A stretch of 56,056 nucleotides of DNA, counting the filler, from Sphacelaria rigidula (taxonomy: Eukaryota), in NCBI GenBank assembly GCA_964200075.2. It is 6 parts of 6 records of this genome, joined end to end, with 100 filler letters (N's around TTAATTAATTAA, not from the genome) between each part and the next. Parts side by side here need not be neighbours in the genome. Positions count along the whole stretch, not along the records: positions 37,441 to 46,698 come from CAXNAA020008901.1; positions 46,799 to 56,056 come from CAXNAA020008902.1; 4 more parts are not named here. One strand, 5' to 3'. Position numbers and translations under genes: made by a program. The number at the start of each line of letters is the position of its first letter. Positions within the stretch are counted from its first letter, which is position 1. This document shows positions 38,436 through 49,346 of the stretch, in pieces. The notes beneath the pieces were generated by a model. That model had not been told where the DNA came from, searched no databases, and saw nothing but the letters and a program-made list of their open reading frames with translations.

Positions 38436-39806
38436 AATAAACGCTACTACCATGGCAGGGCTCTTTGTAGTGCAGGACAAGAGGCCACTACGTATAGCAA
38501 GAGAAAATAAAAATGTCAAGATCAACCGATAGACACTACTCCGTTATAGCAGTAGAGCAAAACAATGACGCTGCGGCGTCCGTCTCCCTCTCCCATGTGG
38601 GGCACATATGCGGCAGTATATAGTCAAGGAGCAGGCAATTTTGTATTCAACGAGCATGATGCCATGAAAGTTTATTTTTCAAGTGAAGATGATGCCGGTT
38701 CAAGAATCGCCCCTGCCTTCTACCTGCTGGTTCATAACTCGGTAGGAAAGTATAATAAGAATACAAGAATATGTGATGACCGTTCTATGCCACAGAGAGT
38801 CGTTGCCTCATGAATCCGCAGCGAACGGACGGGATCGAGATCGATTGGATTCCTTTCATCATGAGGGACGAGGTGTCGAGCTTCACCCTGTATCACGTGA
38901 GTTGGGGACAGAACTGCCAGATGTGGGCCACAGGACTTACTGACTGCATCCACGTCAGGTGACCTCACGCCAATGGTATCGGTTCACGCCCTATGTTGTC
39001 AACACGACACATGTCATTTTGATCATGCGTAATTTCACTCAGATCGAACAGGCGAGGATATAAAATCTCGTCCCGACATTAGTGTTGTCTTGACATTCAA
39101 AACCGTTCCGACATTTGCGCCGTACTCGGTACTGGGCAAATGATATGGGCGCTTTTCGTGGTCACAGCCCAACCACCCAAAATAGTGTATAAGGATACAA
39201 CAAAAACAAAAACAAATCAGACTTAGAAAAGTTCAAACAGACGTTATGAAAAAAAATGAAGAAGAAAAAAGCGAAAAAAAAATACTGCCAACCTCATGAG
39301 TTCCGGTGCCGTAGGCGACCATTCGGGCTACTGGAGGCCGGACAAAAGTATCCACTCAACGTATGAGGGATAGCCATGTGTACGAATACACTAGCCATAA
39401 CAAGAACAGCGCCACGACAACACACCACCTCGGGGGAGGGGTACATGGAAGGCAGCAACTAGTGGGGGGGAAACGAAGACATAGAGAATTACTGCGGAAA
39501 AGGATTCGGGAAATTTCCAGTTGTGTACCCGTTTCAGGGATACTGTACTTTGAAGGTGGAAGATACCAAGATTGTGTTCTGTAGGGCATAACCGGAAGTA
39601 GGGGACTTTTGGTTGGTATACTAAATCATGACGTAATGTGTATCGAACACCCAGTATGGTTCGGCAGGGTATCGAGCCGTGTTTCGAACACTACAAGTAT
39701 TATGGTTCGGATGAGGATTTACCGATAAAATATTGTACCTCGTTTTCACCTTTGTAAATGCCCCATCAACAATTTCAGACGGCACACCCTACAAAACACA
39801 ACCTTG

Positions 39807-40011
39807 CAAGGGCAGATCGAGTAGAGTATATTCAATTTCGGGGTATTTTAAAAGTCGTACTCAAAGTACGCAGATTGCGGGTAGGGTTTTAGGGATCGCT
39901 TTCCACTTACTTTTTGGATACGACTCCCAACACTCCACCCTAATTTGAGTACCTCAAGTGCGTCTTTCAAAATACCCCGCAATTGGGTATATTCTACTCA
40001 ACCTGCCCTTG
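39807..40011 (+). mobile_element. hAT-type MITE, 205 bp, 8-bp TSD CAACCTTG
   Basis: TIR CAAGGGCAG...CTGCCCTTG; perfect CAACCTTG at 39799-39806 and 40012-40019. Confidence 0.88.
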
Positions 40012-40080
40012 CAACCTTGCAAGATACCGTACGATACGGCTGGATGATTAGGGAGATGATTTTCGCGAGTTTCAAGTCCA

Positions 40081-40380
40081 CTCACACCAATCGTATTCAC
40101 CTGATGAACTTGTTGTAAGGCATCCTCGGAAGACGGCAGCATTCCCAGCGCGCTCAGAGTCCATGTGGGGGGTGTCCATCCCGCGTTCGACATGTCTCTC
40201 GACGGCCTTGACCGCGAGTTTCAAGGAATTGGGGGCTTGAAACTCGCACTCGAGGCCGTCGAGAGACATGCCGAATGCGGGATGAACCCCCCCCACATGG
40301 CCTTTGAGCGCGCTGGAAATACTACCCTCCTCCCAGGATGCCTTACAACAAGTGCATCAGGTGAACACGAGTGATGTGAG
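40081..40380. mobile_element. Fold-back / MITE-like palindrome (300 bp)
   Basis: CTCACACCAATCGTATTCACCTGATG...CATCAGGTGAACACGAGTGATGTGAG; explains the near-identical ORFs 40072-40296(-) and 40165-40374(+). Confidence 0.87.
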
Positions 40381-40599
40381 TAGGCAAATTAGTTGTGAAG
40401 TTGAGGTAGTGAAGTGTGGTACACCGTTACGTCCGAATGTTGATTGTGTCGAAACTCACGACACTACCCAGGATGAGTAGCAAAACCACACGAGCAACCC
40501 CACCTCCGCTGTCCAGGGAATGTAAATGGAATGCACATTTCGATCGCCTGTACTCGCGGAAGTAATTGCGAAAAGAGAGGTAGTCAAAGAGGTGGCTAA

Positions 40600-43215
40600 A
40601 CGTACGTTGAAGTTCAGAACACGACGCAGCCTTCGAAGAAGTAAAAGACTTCTGATGGGTGCTCCGGCCCTTCATTTCCCAGACTTTTCACAATAGTTCA
40701 CCATCGAAGTGGACGCGTCACGGGAAGGGGCCGGCTCGATTCTTACCCGACACAAAGGAGACGAAGTTGCGATCGTAGAATACTTCAGTCAACGTCTTGA
40801 ACCATGCTAAGCGGCACTACTCTGCGACTTTAAGGAATGTTATGCCGTTGTATTAACTATACAACATTGGCGTCCCTTTCTGTGGGGCCAATATTCCACT
40901 TGTGTGACAGACCATGCAACACTGAGGTACCTGTATACGATGCAAGACACAAACAACATACTGACAAGATGGGCAACAGCATTACAGCCGTATCTAAATT
41001 CACTGTGAAGCACAAACCCGGGAAATAAAATGTCGTACCGGGTACTCCGTCAAGACTCCTTCAGTTCGAGCAGCAACAAGAAAACGAGGTCAAGCTCCTG
41101 CTTGCCCAAATATATGTCGTCCCAGAGGACCCCGTATTGCACACGAAGATTCCTCACCAGCCGTTTCAAATTTCAGCGGAGAGACTCGACAACTTGAATC
41201 CACTACAGAGCGACAGACGGCTTTTTACGATGAAATCTACATAGACGAGCGCGACAAACGCGGTTTTTTGGCCACCCGCTTCGTGCGCCTTGCAGCCTCC
41301 ACCATGAGTTCGTCTAGGAAAACGCGCAAGGGCGCCACTACTTCGGCCATACGTGGCAACGAGGTACACAACCAGTTCATTGCGTGCAGGAATTGCATTA
41401 GTTCTGCTGCTGTTTCTGGACGCCGCATGTCAGACAAACCTTGCAAGCGGACCGGGTCATGCGAGACGCGGCCGTGTGCATATACACATCCCACACCACA
41501 CTAATTCACTGGCAAAAAAGGTACACTTGGGGGCAGCTGCAAACAGACCAACACTCTCTGAGCGAGCCAAGATTGCAGCAAGCGTATCCAACAGTTCGTC
41601 TTCCGTGTCCGAAGAAAAAGACGTCATCCACCCAAATTTTTGCATTTCAAGCCATCTAAAAGGTCTACCATGACACCTTGAAAGTAGGAACTAGCATTCA
41701 ACACGCCTTGCGGTACTCGTTGCGGGGTCAACATGGCAAACGGAGTCGTGATGGTGAATATCTCTTGCGCCTCTTCGGCCAACGGCATCTGCCAGTACCA
41801 TATCATTAACGCAATGACGCTGCAGTACTAGCAACCTGCTGGCGTCACAGGTAGATTTCGTGCTGCACTCGGACCACGACCGTGGGTCGTCCGGAGGTCA
41901 CCTAGCACCCAAGTCGACATATGAAATAATAAGGCACAAATACTGTTGGCCATCCATTGGTAAAGATGTCAGAAGATGGTGCGCAGAATATCAGTCATGT
42001 CGGAGAAGGAAGACGGCCCATAACCGTCCGAAATTGCCTGTAGGTCACATACACGTGAAGAGACCTTCTGAGAGAATATCGATAGATGTAGTCGAACGCA
42101 AAACGGTTGCAAAATCGTCAGACGGTGTTCGCTGGTGTGTGATGTTTGTCATGGATCATCGCACGGGGTACGCACCGTTGATACCGATTCCAACGAAATC
42201 AGCCATTACAGTAGCAAAAATGTTGGTTGACCGTGCCTTCCCAATACCTGAATAATTCCATTCTGACCAGGGTAAGGACTCTGAGAATCGCTTGATATTT
42301 CAGTTGCAGAGGCTCCTCAAATTTGAGAAAACACGCACATCGTTCCGCCCATAAGATAACTCCGTTTCAGGACGCGGAGACTCGAATTTATGCGCATGGT
42401 AGTCATGCATAGCTCCGTCAAACAAAAAACTGGGCGACTATGCTACTCTTTCTGCAGATGGCGTATGCAGGAGATCTCGTATTTCCTTATGTTGGAGCGT
42501 CACCCGAAATTTGCCGTTGAAATGATCTTCAATATTCCGAAAAAGAACATGCTGTGGATGCTGAACATATGCTAAATAAAATAAAGACAGCTTGCAGCTA
42601 GCTTATGAAATCGCAAGACGCAACTTGAAGAAACGAGCAGGCAGACAAAAGGCAAGCAATAATGAGCTGAGGCCATATCGAGTCTTTGAACCTGGCCAAC
42701 GAGTGTTGATTCACGGGCCGCATCAAGACGCCAACGGTCCAAATCCAAAACTAGAATTACTATGGCGAGGACCACACAGAGTTGTTTCCGAGGTATTACC
42801 TGTGGTGTGTAAGGTCAAGATAAGCGAGGATGCTAGAGGGACGTCGGTACATCTCGGTCAAATAAAACAACATTATCCACGAATAACACAAACGGCCGAT
42901 CGACTCGCCGAATATTTTCTAGGAAACAAAATACCCTCGCCACCGGGTGACCGTCCGGAGGTAACAAAATCGAAAATCGAGCGTTACATTGTTGACAAAG
43001 TGGTGGGGCCGGGCAGAAAGAGCCGTCACAATTACAAGTACCGTCTCCGCCACAAAGGCTACGGCCCATCAGCAGACTTCGAATAACGAGCAGAGCCTCA
43101 GGTACCACAGTGTCAGCACCCCATAGACGCGTATAGGATAGAACATAAGTTCAACGACAGGCCCCTACGTGACCCATCATCTCAAAATATAAGAAAAAAG
43201 AAAGCGAGCTGGTGA
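40600..43215 (+). mobile_element. Decayed Ty3/gypsy (chromovirus-like) pol: RNase H, integrase, chromodomain
   Basis: RNase H: PALHFPDFSQ*FTIEVDAS...KECYAVV...TDHATL...LTRWA (~40660-41060). Integrase HHCC: H..GGHLAPKST...YCWPSIGKDVRRWC..C; core RISIDVVE and HSDQG (~41860-42600). Chromodomain-like YIVDKVVG..YKYRLRHKGYGPSAD (~42980-43140). Many stops and frameshifts. Confidence 0.92.
41245..41815 (-). mobile_element. Ty3/gypsy reverse transcriptase fragment, antisense to the surrounding pol
   Basis: YWQMPLAEEAQEIFTITTP...RVPQGVLNASSYFQ...WVDD...KCTFFASELVW...PETAAELMQFL..NWL; frameshifted. Confidence 0.88.
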
Positions 43216-43286
43216 AGAACTTCGTGTCATCTAGGGAAAATGAAGAGTAATTTTAAGGCTACTTTTCATGCATCAGTAAGTAAACC

Positions 43287-43702
43287 TTGTTGAAAAGTGC
43301 ATTTTCGACCCTTCTCCATCATTTTTCGCCCGAAAAGGGGGCTATAATAGGCGGATGTTGCTATCTTGGAATGATTTACTGTACTCGTTGAGGCCGTCCA
43401 AGAGTACCTTTGCGTTCTCCGTAGGTCACAGTCCCGTTTTCGACCAAACTTGCATTTTCGATAACAAGCGGTCAAGTTACGAACAAAATGGCAGCTTTCC
43501 CCCTGTTTTTTTTATGACTTGACCGTTTGTTATTGAGCATATTTGGTCAAAAACGGATTGTGACCTACATAAAACGCAGAGGTGCTCTGGAACGATCTCA
43601 ACGAGTACAGCAATTAATTTCAAGATATCAATATCCGCCTGTTATAGCCCTCTTTTCCGGCGAAAAATGATGGAGGAGGGTCAAAAATGCACTTCACAAC
43701 AA
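43287..43702. mobile_element. Fold-back MITE (~415 bp, ~195-bp arms)
   Basis: TTGTTGAAAAGTGCATTTTCGACCCTTCTCCATCATTTTTCGCC...GGCGAAAAATGATGGAGGAGGGTCAAAAATGCACTTCACAACAA. Confidence 0.87.
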
Positions 43703-44105
43703 CATGTGCTTTTTTATACACAAGAAGAGGCCCAAACGTCTCGAAAATACAGACACGATACACATAATATTAGGACAGATTTCACGACTCAAAACACGTC
43801 ACTGGTGGAGAGAGATTTGGTCTGAGAATCAAGCTATGTGGATCGTTCATCCGACGCCAAATCCCCAGACGAAACTTGCATAAAAAAGAACGAAACCAAG
43901 CCTTACCGTTTTTACACGAGCCTCAAGAGGGATGTCGATCAAATTCATTGGTTAGTGTTTTTCAACACCCAGTATAAAGGATATGACGCGTTCAAGTACA
44001 GGTCACTATAAAAGTATCTCAAAAACCCATACGAAATAGACTCCTAGAAATACCTTTCTCTCGAATACCCGCCACGATCCCTTCAAGAGGGACACGAGTC
44101 GTATC

Positions 44106-44421
44106 AAAGGGGGGAGGAGGGGGGGGTGATGTAAAGGTCGCTGTATTGTATGTACGCAAAGATTTCTCCCCTAACGTGTAAACCAGACAAAGCCATCACA
44201 GAAGCAGTTTCCACCGTGGACTGTTCCAGAGGCTCGAAACTCTCATATCTGTACAGCCGACTCTGGGACCCCAGGCAACAGGATTATTGTTGGTAGAAAA
44301 AACTCAACCTTACGAGCCATCGTCGAGGGACCCCTGCGACTCACGCTACATCTATCCCTATCCGAGGCCCAGTGATTCAACCCCCCATCACCTCGATTGC
44401 GGTCAATCCTTGCCGACATCA
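44106..44421 (+). mobile_element. Polypurine tract and probable 3' LTR (TGATGT...ACATCA, 44127-44421)
   Basis: AAAGGGGGGAGGAGGGGGGGG immediately followed by TGATGT, downstream of the gypsy pol; the 3' end is inferred from a 6-bp inverted terminus only. Confidence 0.55.
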
Positions 44422-44509
44422 AGTAGGAGAGACATCATCGCCTAGCCTTGGCGACTGCTACCGTCCACCGTAGGTCACGCTAGATCCACACAGGTTGGAG
44501 TCGTTACGA

Positions 44510-45680
44510 ACCCTTCATCTCGTCCAAAAAGCCACGATGACCATTCTTATGAACTACGAGGGATAATTCGAATGGATTTTCGAACGGGAATGCCCTGGCC
44601 CGTATTATTCCCATGCAGTTCCCGACTTCGGGAGACCCTCTCGATGAGAAAGATATGGGTCCAAATGCGCAATCCCTATTAACGTGGCATGGCTCTAGTG
44701 GTGCAGGATAAGATGCCACTATTTTATGCGTGTAGCTAAAGAAGACAAAAATGTCGAAACCGACCGATATACCACTTCTCTGTTATAGTAGTGCAGTAAA
44801 ACGAACCTAGTTGCAGCGTCCGTCTCCCTCTCCCCTGTGGGGTGCGTATCCAGCAGTACATGATCAAGCACCAGGCAGTTTTGTATTCAACGTGCAGGAT
44901 GCCATGCACGCCTATTTCTCAAGTGAAGATGATGCCGGTTCTTGAACCGGCCCACCCTTCTACCTGCCTGCTGGTCCACAGAACTTTACTCGGTAGGGAA
45001 GTATAATAAAAAACGAGAGTATGTGATGGCTGTTCTATGCTGCAAAGAGTCGTTGCCTCATGAATCCGCAGCGAACGGACGGAATCGAGATCGATTGGGT
45101 TTCTTTCATCATGAGAGACGAGGCGCTGATCTCCACCCTGTATCGTGTGAATTGGGGACTGAACTGCCAGACGTGGGATGGGCAAGCCGACCCTGGCCCA
45201 CAGGACTGACTAATGGGCTGCATCCACATCAGCCGGTCTCACACCAATGGTATGGGGTCACGTCGTATGTTGTCAACACAACACGTGTCACGTTGATCAT
45301 ATGTAAGTTCACTCATAGCGAACAGGCTAGGATACAAAATATTCAAGACCAGGTCAAGTAGGCCATACTCAATTGCGGGGTATTTTGAAAGACGTACTTG
45401 AGGTACTCAAATTAGGGTAGAGTGTTCGGAGTCGTACCCCCCAAAAAAGGGGAAAGCGATCCCTAAAACCCTACCCCCCATTTGTGTACTTCAAGTACGA
45501 GTTTCAAAATACCCCGCAGTTGAGTATACTCTACTCGACCTGCCTTTGAAGATATTGTGCTAACATTGCAGAAGAAAAGGGATCGGGATATTTTTAGCTG
45601 TGTACCCGTTTCAGGCATGCTGTACTTTGACGGTGGAACATACGATACGATACGGCTGGATAATTCGTGAGATGATACTT
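44510..45680 (+). repeat. Copy 2 of the same unclassified repeat
   Basis: See 37760-40065. Confidence 0.8.
45344..45548 (-). mobile_element. hAT-type MITE, 205 bp, 8-bp TSD AA(A/G)ATATT
   Basis: Reverse-oriented homologue of 39807-40011; AAAATATT at 45336-45343 and AAGATATT at 45549-45556. Confidence 0.85.
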
Positions 45681-46392
45681 TTGTTGAGAGGACAGCAGGT
45701 TGACGCCGCATTCCCCCCTTGTGCTTGCCCACCTTGATCAGTTTGTAATCGTCACAATTCTCTCACTACTTATGCTGCCGCGCTGGTAATAATCAAGAAA
45801 AAACTACACTCATTCCTTTGAGTGACTACCGATTCGGCAGAAGGTACTGTGCGAGTCTGCCTTACGCGTGTTGGTCAAACAGACGGTACTGTGTGGACCG
45901 TAAGGGTGCGCAGGACATCAAACATGTCATGCGGCGCATGTAGATGTAGCTAAAATGGAACGGTGGGAACATGGGGGTACCTGGCATTAACAAATAACAA
46001 CATGAAAATTCTATCAGCTATTTTTCTCTGCAAAAACTCGTTCGAGAAAAAAACAATAATAACAGTCGCCACTACTTTTGTTTTTCTCGTGGAGGGCATA
46101 GGAAAGCCGTACTTTTACTTGAACCTCTTTTCCAAAACATACACAGCTCGGAAAAAGCATGACACAAAAAGCATTCAATTTACGAGTAGATTTTTTTTCA
46201 CGGCTACTTCTACAGTACATATCCCGAACTCTTTGTTCTTACATTTCATTTCCGTTTCAATACCACGTTTCGGCTACCGCCCCCGTCACGAAACCGGACA
46301 CTTAACCCTTTGACTACCAGGCTGAATCTTTCAGTTCTTCAAGTCGCTTTTCACATGTAAGTTGCCGGTTCAGTATATGGGACCTACCCCGG

Positions 46393-46630
46393 AGTCATCC
46401 TACGACAGGGGGGAGGGTATTTGATTGCACGAAAAAAGAGACTCATAGGTGTGTCAGACGACCCGCCACACTCGCGGTGCGCTTGTATTTGATTAAAAAC
46501 GGTGATAAGCAGTATGAATGAGCGTTGTTTATCGATAACGAACTCGTTTGAACATCCGTTGCTCCTTTCAACAACAATTTGACATTGAATTTCGTGCAAG
46601 AAGTGGCTCAAAATCCCCCCCCCCCCCCCC
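46393..46630 (+). mobile_element. MITE, same family as 31391-31627
   Basis: AGTCATCCTACGACAGGGGG start; shares GTGCGCTTGTATTTG and GTATGAATGAGCGTT. Confidence 0.7.
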
Positions 46631-46698
46631 CCTCCCCCCCTCCCCCCGCACGCGCCGGCGGGTCGTTGGAAGGTTCCAAGAGGAAAGAAGAAAGGCAA

Positions 46699-46798
46699 NN
46701 NNNNNNNNNNNNNNNNNNNNNNNNNNNNNNNNNNNNNNNNNNTTAATTAATTAANNNNNNNNNNNNNNNNNNNNNNNNNNNNNNNNNNNNNNNNNNNN
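46699..46798. other. Artificial contig linker
   Basis: Same N/TTAATTAATTAA/N structure. Confidence 0.97.
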
Positions 46799-46891
46799 AA
46801 TACAAGCGCCCCGACATGTCGTCTGACACCCCTATGAACCTCTTTTTTCGTGCAATGAAATACCCCCCCCCCCCCCTATCGTAGAATGACT
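46799..46891 (-). mobile_element. Partial MITE, same family as 31391-31627
   Basis: Reverse complement matches ~46393-46490; cut by the contig start. Confidence 0.65.
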
Positions 46892-47338
46892 CATTGGCGT
46901 TGGAAACCCAAGAGAAACCGCTGGAGTGCTTGAGTGGCTTACACCTTTCGACTACCCCATTCTTGGCTGCTTAACTTTTCCTCTCAGGAGACCCCTCTTC
47001 ATCGAGCACTTCTCAGAGTCTGAAGGAAATTATATATATATATATATAATATTGGAGAGTAACGCGGGTGGGTGGGTACGCCCTCAAATCAACCCAACCT
47101 TTACAATGCAACTTGTTCACTTTTTATCCCGAGATTCACTGTTCGGTAAAAGGCGAAGCAAAAATACCGTGAATCTGACCGCACCTCCAAACCACCAGAC
47201 ACTGGCGACGTAAGGCTTGCCTTCAGGAAGAGACGTGTGTGAATTTTTGTCCCCCAACTCCTCAAAACGGCGATGTAAGTTGAGTAAACGCGTTACCGTT
47301 TCGAGAATGTGGGGCATGCAACGGCCGGGGACCCCCAG

Positions 47339-47689
47339 TGTGTGTATTGTGTGTGTGTTGTCGTCGCATCAATTCTGGACGGCGGTCTACACCTTTCGGT
47401 ATATGTGAGTGCACCAGCCGGGGTCACACAGGATGAAGGTCAACACAGGAGATTCTTTTTTAGTATCCCACCTTCCTTCTGCGGTGCTTGCTTTTTTTTT
47501 TATCGCGAGAGGGGTTCAGCACTCCCTTTCCCTCGTCAACTGTCCAGTAGAATTTTGTGTACTCACGACATGGTCGCTCTCCTCTGTTAGGCATGTTGTG
47601 AGAAAAATCCCAGATCGCTCCAAGAATTGAACCCACGACCCAACCGTTGGAAGGTTTCGATGTTACCACCTGAGCCACCAGGGCGACCG
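47339..47689 (-). mobile_element. tRNA-derived SINE, family A, with probable CCCCAG target-site duplication
   Basis: Full head, body and (CA)n tail; CCCCAG at 47333-47338 and 47691-47696. Confidence 0.87.
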
Positions 47690-47737
47690 TCCCCAGAAAC
47701 GGTGAAACCAAGCGGATCTAAGTCGGCATAAACGCCG

Positions 47738-48055
47738 CCGCGCCCCGTCGATCTGATGGTACAACCAGCACCATTAGGACGAGAAATCATGGGTTCAATC
47801 CTCGCCGGATGCGTGTACTCCGGCTTTTTCTCAGACACATATGATTTCCGTCTGTGAGGGCGTGAGAACGTGAGTTGCACCAGGACTCTGTTTGGCTGAG
47901 TTTGTTCGACGATAGCCGACGCCGTGCGGGAGTGTTGATCCGATCCGCGGACGTAAGGAGAGTACCGAGGGATAGAATACTTTATCGCTTGAGATCACAG
48001 ACGCATCGCGAGGAATTGGAGGAGTTAGAAGTGAGAACAGAAAAAAAGTAAACAC
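47738..48055 (+). mobile_element. Possible second tRNA-like SINE (family B)
   Basis: B-box-like GGGTTCAATCC near 47791 preceded by a degenerate tRNA-like head; single copy here, 3' end uncertain. Confidence 0.4.
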
Positions 48056-49346
48056 TGGCGACCTCGTGCTTTTTCAGGAACAGCTGTGTTCAGGTTTGTT
48101 TCGTGGATATCACAAACGGCCTGGGAGAAGGAAGTGAACGGGAGAATGTCCCGAACTTGGAAGGCATGCGATGGGGTTGCGCCAAGGAAATCGCATTCCT
48201 TGTACTACAATACAAGCGATACTATTTTGTGGCTTGACTCCACTGATCTCGTCTCAAGATGCCTTCTCAATTCTCGTGTCGGCTAATAACTGATCTCGCC
48301 CTTAGAGCGGCTTCGTGCTGGATGTGCACCGCTGTTCGAGGTACACACCAAGTACAAAAACATGGGGTGCATCCACGAGAACACGAGCCAAAAACAGCGG
48401 CACGCCTGCTTCTTTGTATTTTCACTACAAAAAATCCTATACACATTGATCCCCCTTTTTCGCACACCGCTAGCGCCCCAACACGAGACGGCACTGAGAA
48501 AGAAGTCACGTCACTCTCTCCCCTACGCATCGTCAAGCGTCTCACATTATTTGTCTGTATCTACTTTGTGTGCGAAGTGAAAGCGTCGGCTCACAACTTT
48601 TGAGTGTTTTTTCTGCACCGACCTGTACAAGTAGATGCCGAGGTGGTACACAAGCGGATGGCCAACGAACGTCGTAATCGCCTCAAGTGACCGAGATGTA
48701 TACCCCACACCCCACAGCGTGGACGTTATCAGTGACAGCGCTGCTCTGACAGCTCCCCGCTCCTCCTATCTATACACCAAGCATCACATACTATGTCTAC
48801 AACTAGTAAATTGAACAAACTACGCCATCCATCGATAGCAACGCCGCTTATGCTGAACATGCACAGACCTTGCTGAACATGTACAGAAGCACTAACGGTA
48901 CGACAGCATGGCCAGCCGGGCACATGATACATCCCTCTCCCGATTCCGATCACCGCTGTTTCTGAAGGCGGAGAATATATTTATATATATATATATATAA
49001 ATAAACGCAAGGAACAGTGGTCGCTGATCGACTGATCATGCAGCATGAAACACAATTTTGCCACAACTTCACCGAACAACCGATTGTCGTCGACAACGCT
49101 GGGGAAAGTTCGGCGTGATATCACAACTAGACTCGTCACACGCTGACCGTGCCATATAAAAAAATGAACCAGCACATCTCGTAGACTGTGCATTTCCCCC
49201 TTCCTGATGAGATCTACTCTGCCGCGGCACGTCCCACCATAGAACTGCAAAACAACACGAAGAAAAATGGCCAAAGCTAATAGCTCAACAATACTCCACC
49301 ACAACGCAAGACTGACAGGCATGCGTCCGCACGCACGACACAGCCA

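Larger units (their letters stand above)
37760..40065 (+). repeat. Copy 1 of an unclassified ~1-kb diverged repeat (expanded by nested insertions)
   Basis: Colinear with 44510-45680, e.g. CGTCCGTCTCCCTCTCCC, TCAAGTGAAGATGATGCCGGTTC, GTGTACCCGTTTCAGG, CGATACGGCTGGAT. Confidence 0.8.

Noticed and set aside
46393-46891. Inverted repeat spanning the linker
   Set aside because: Two copies of one MITE family at the ends of unrelated contigs.
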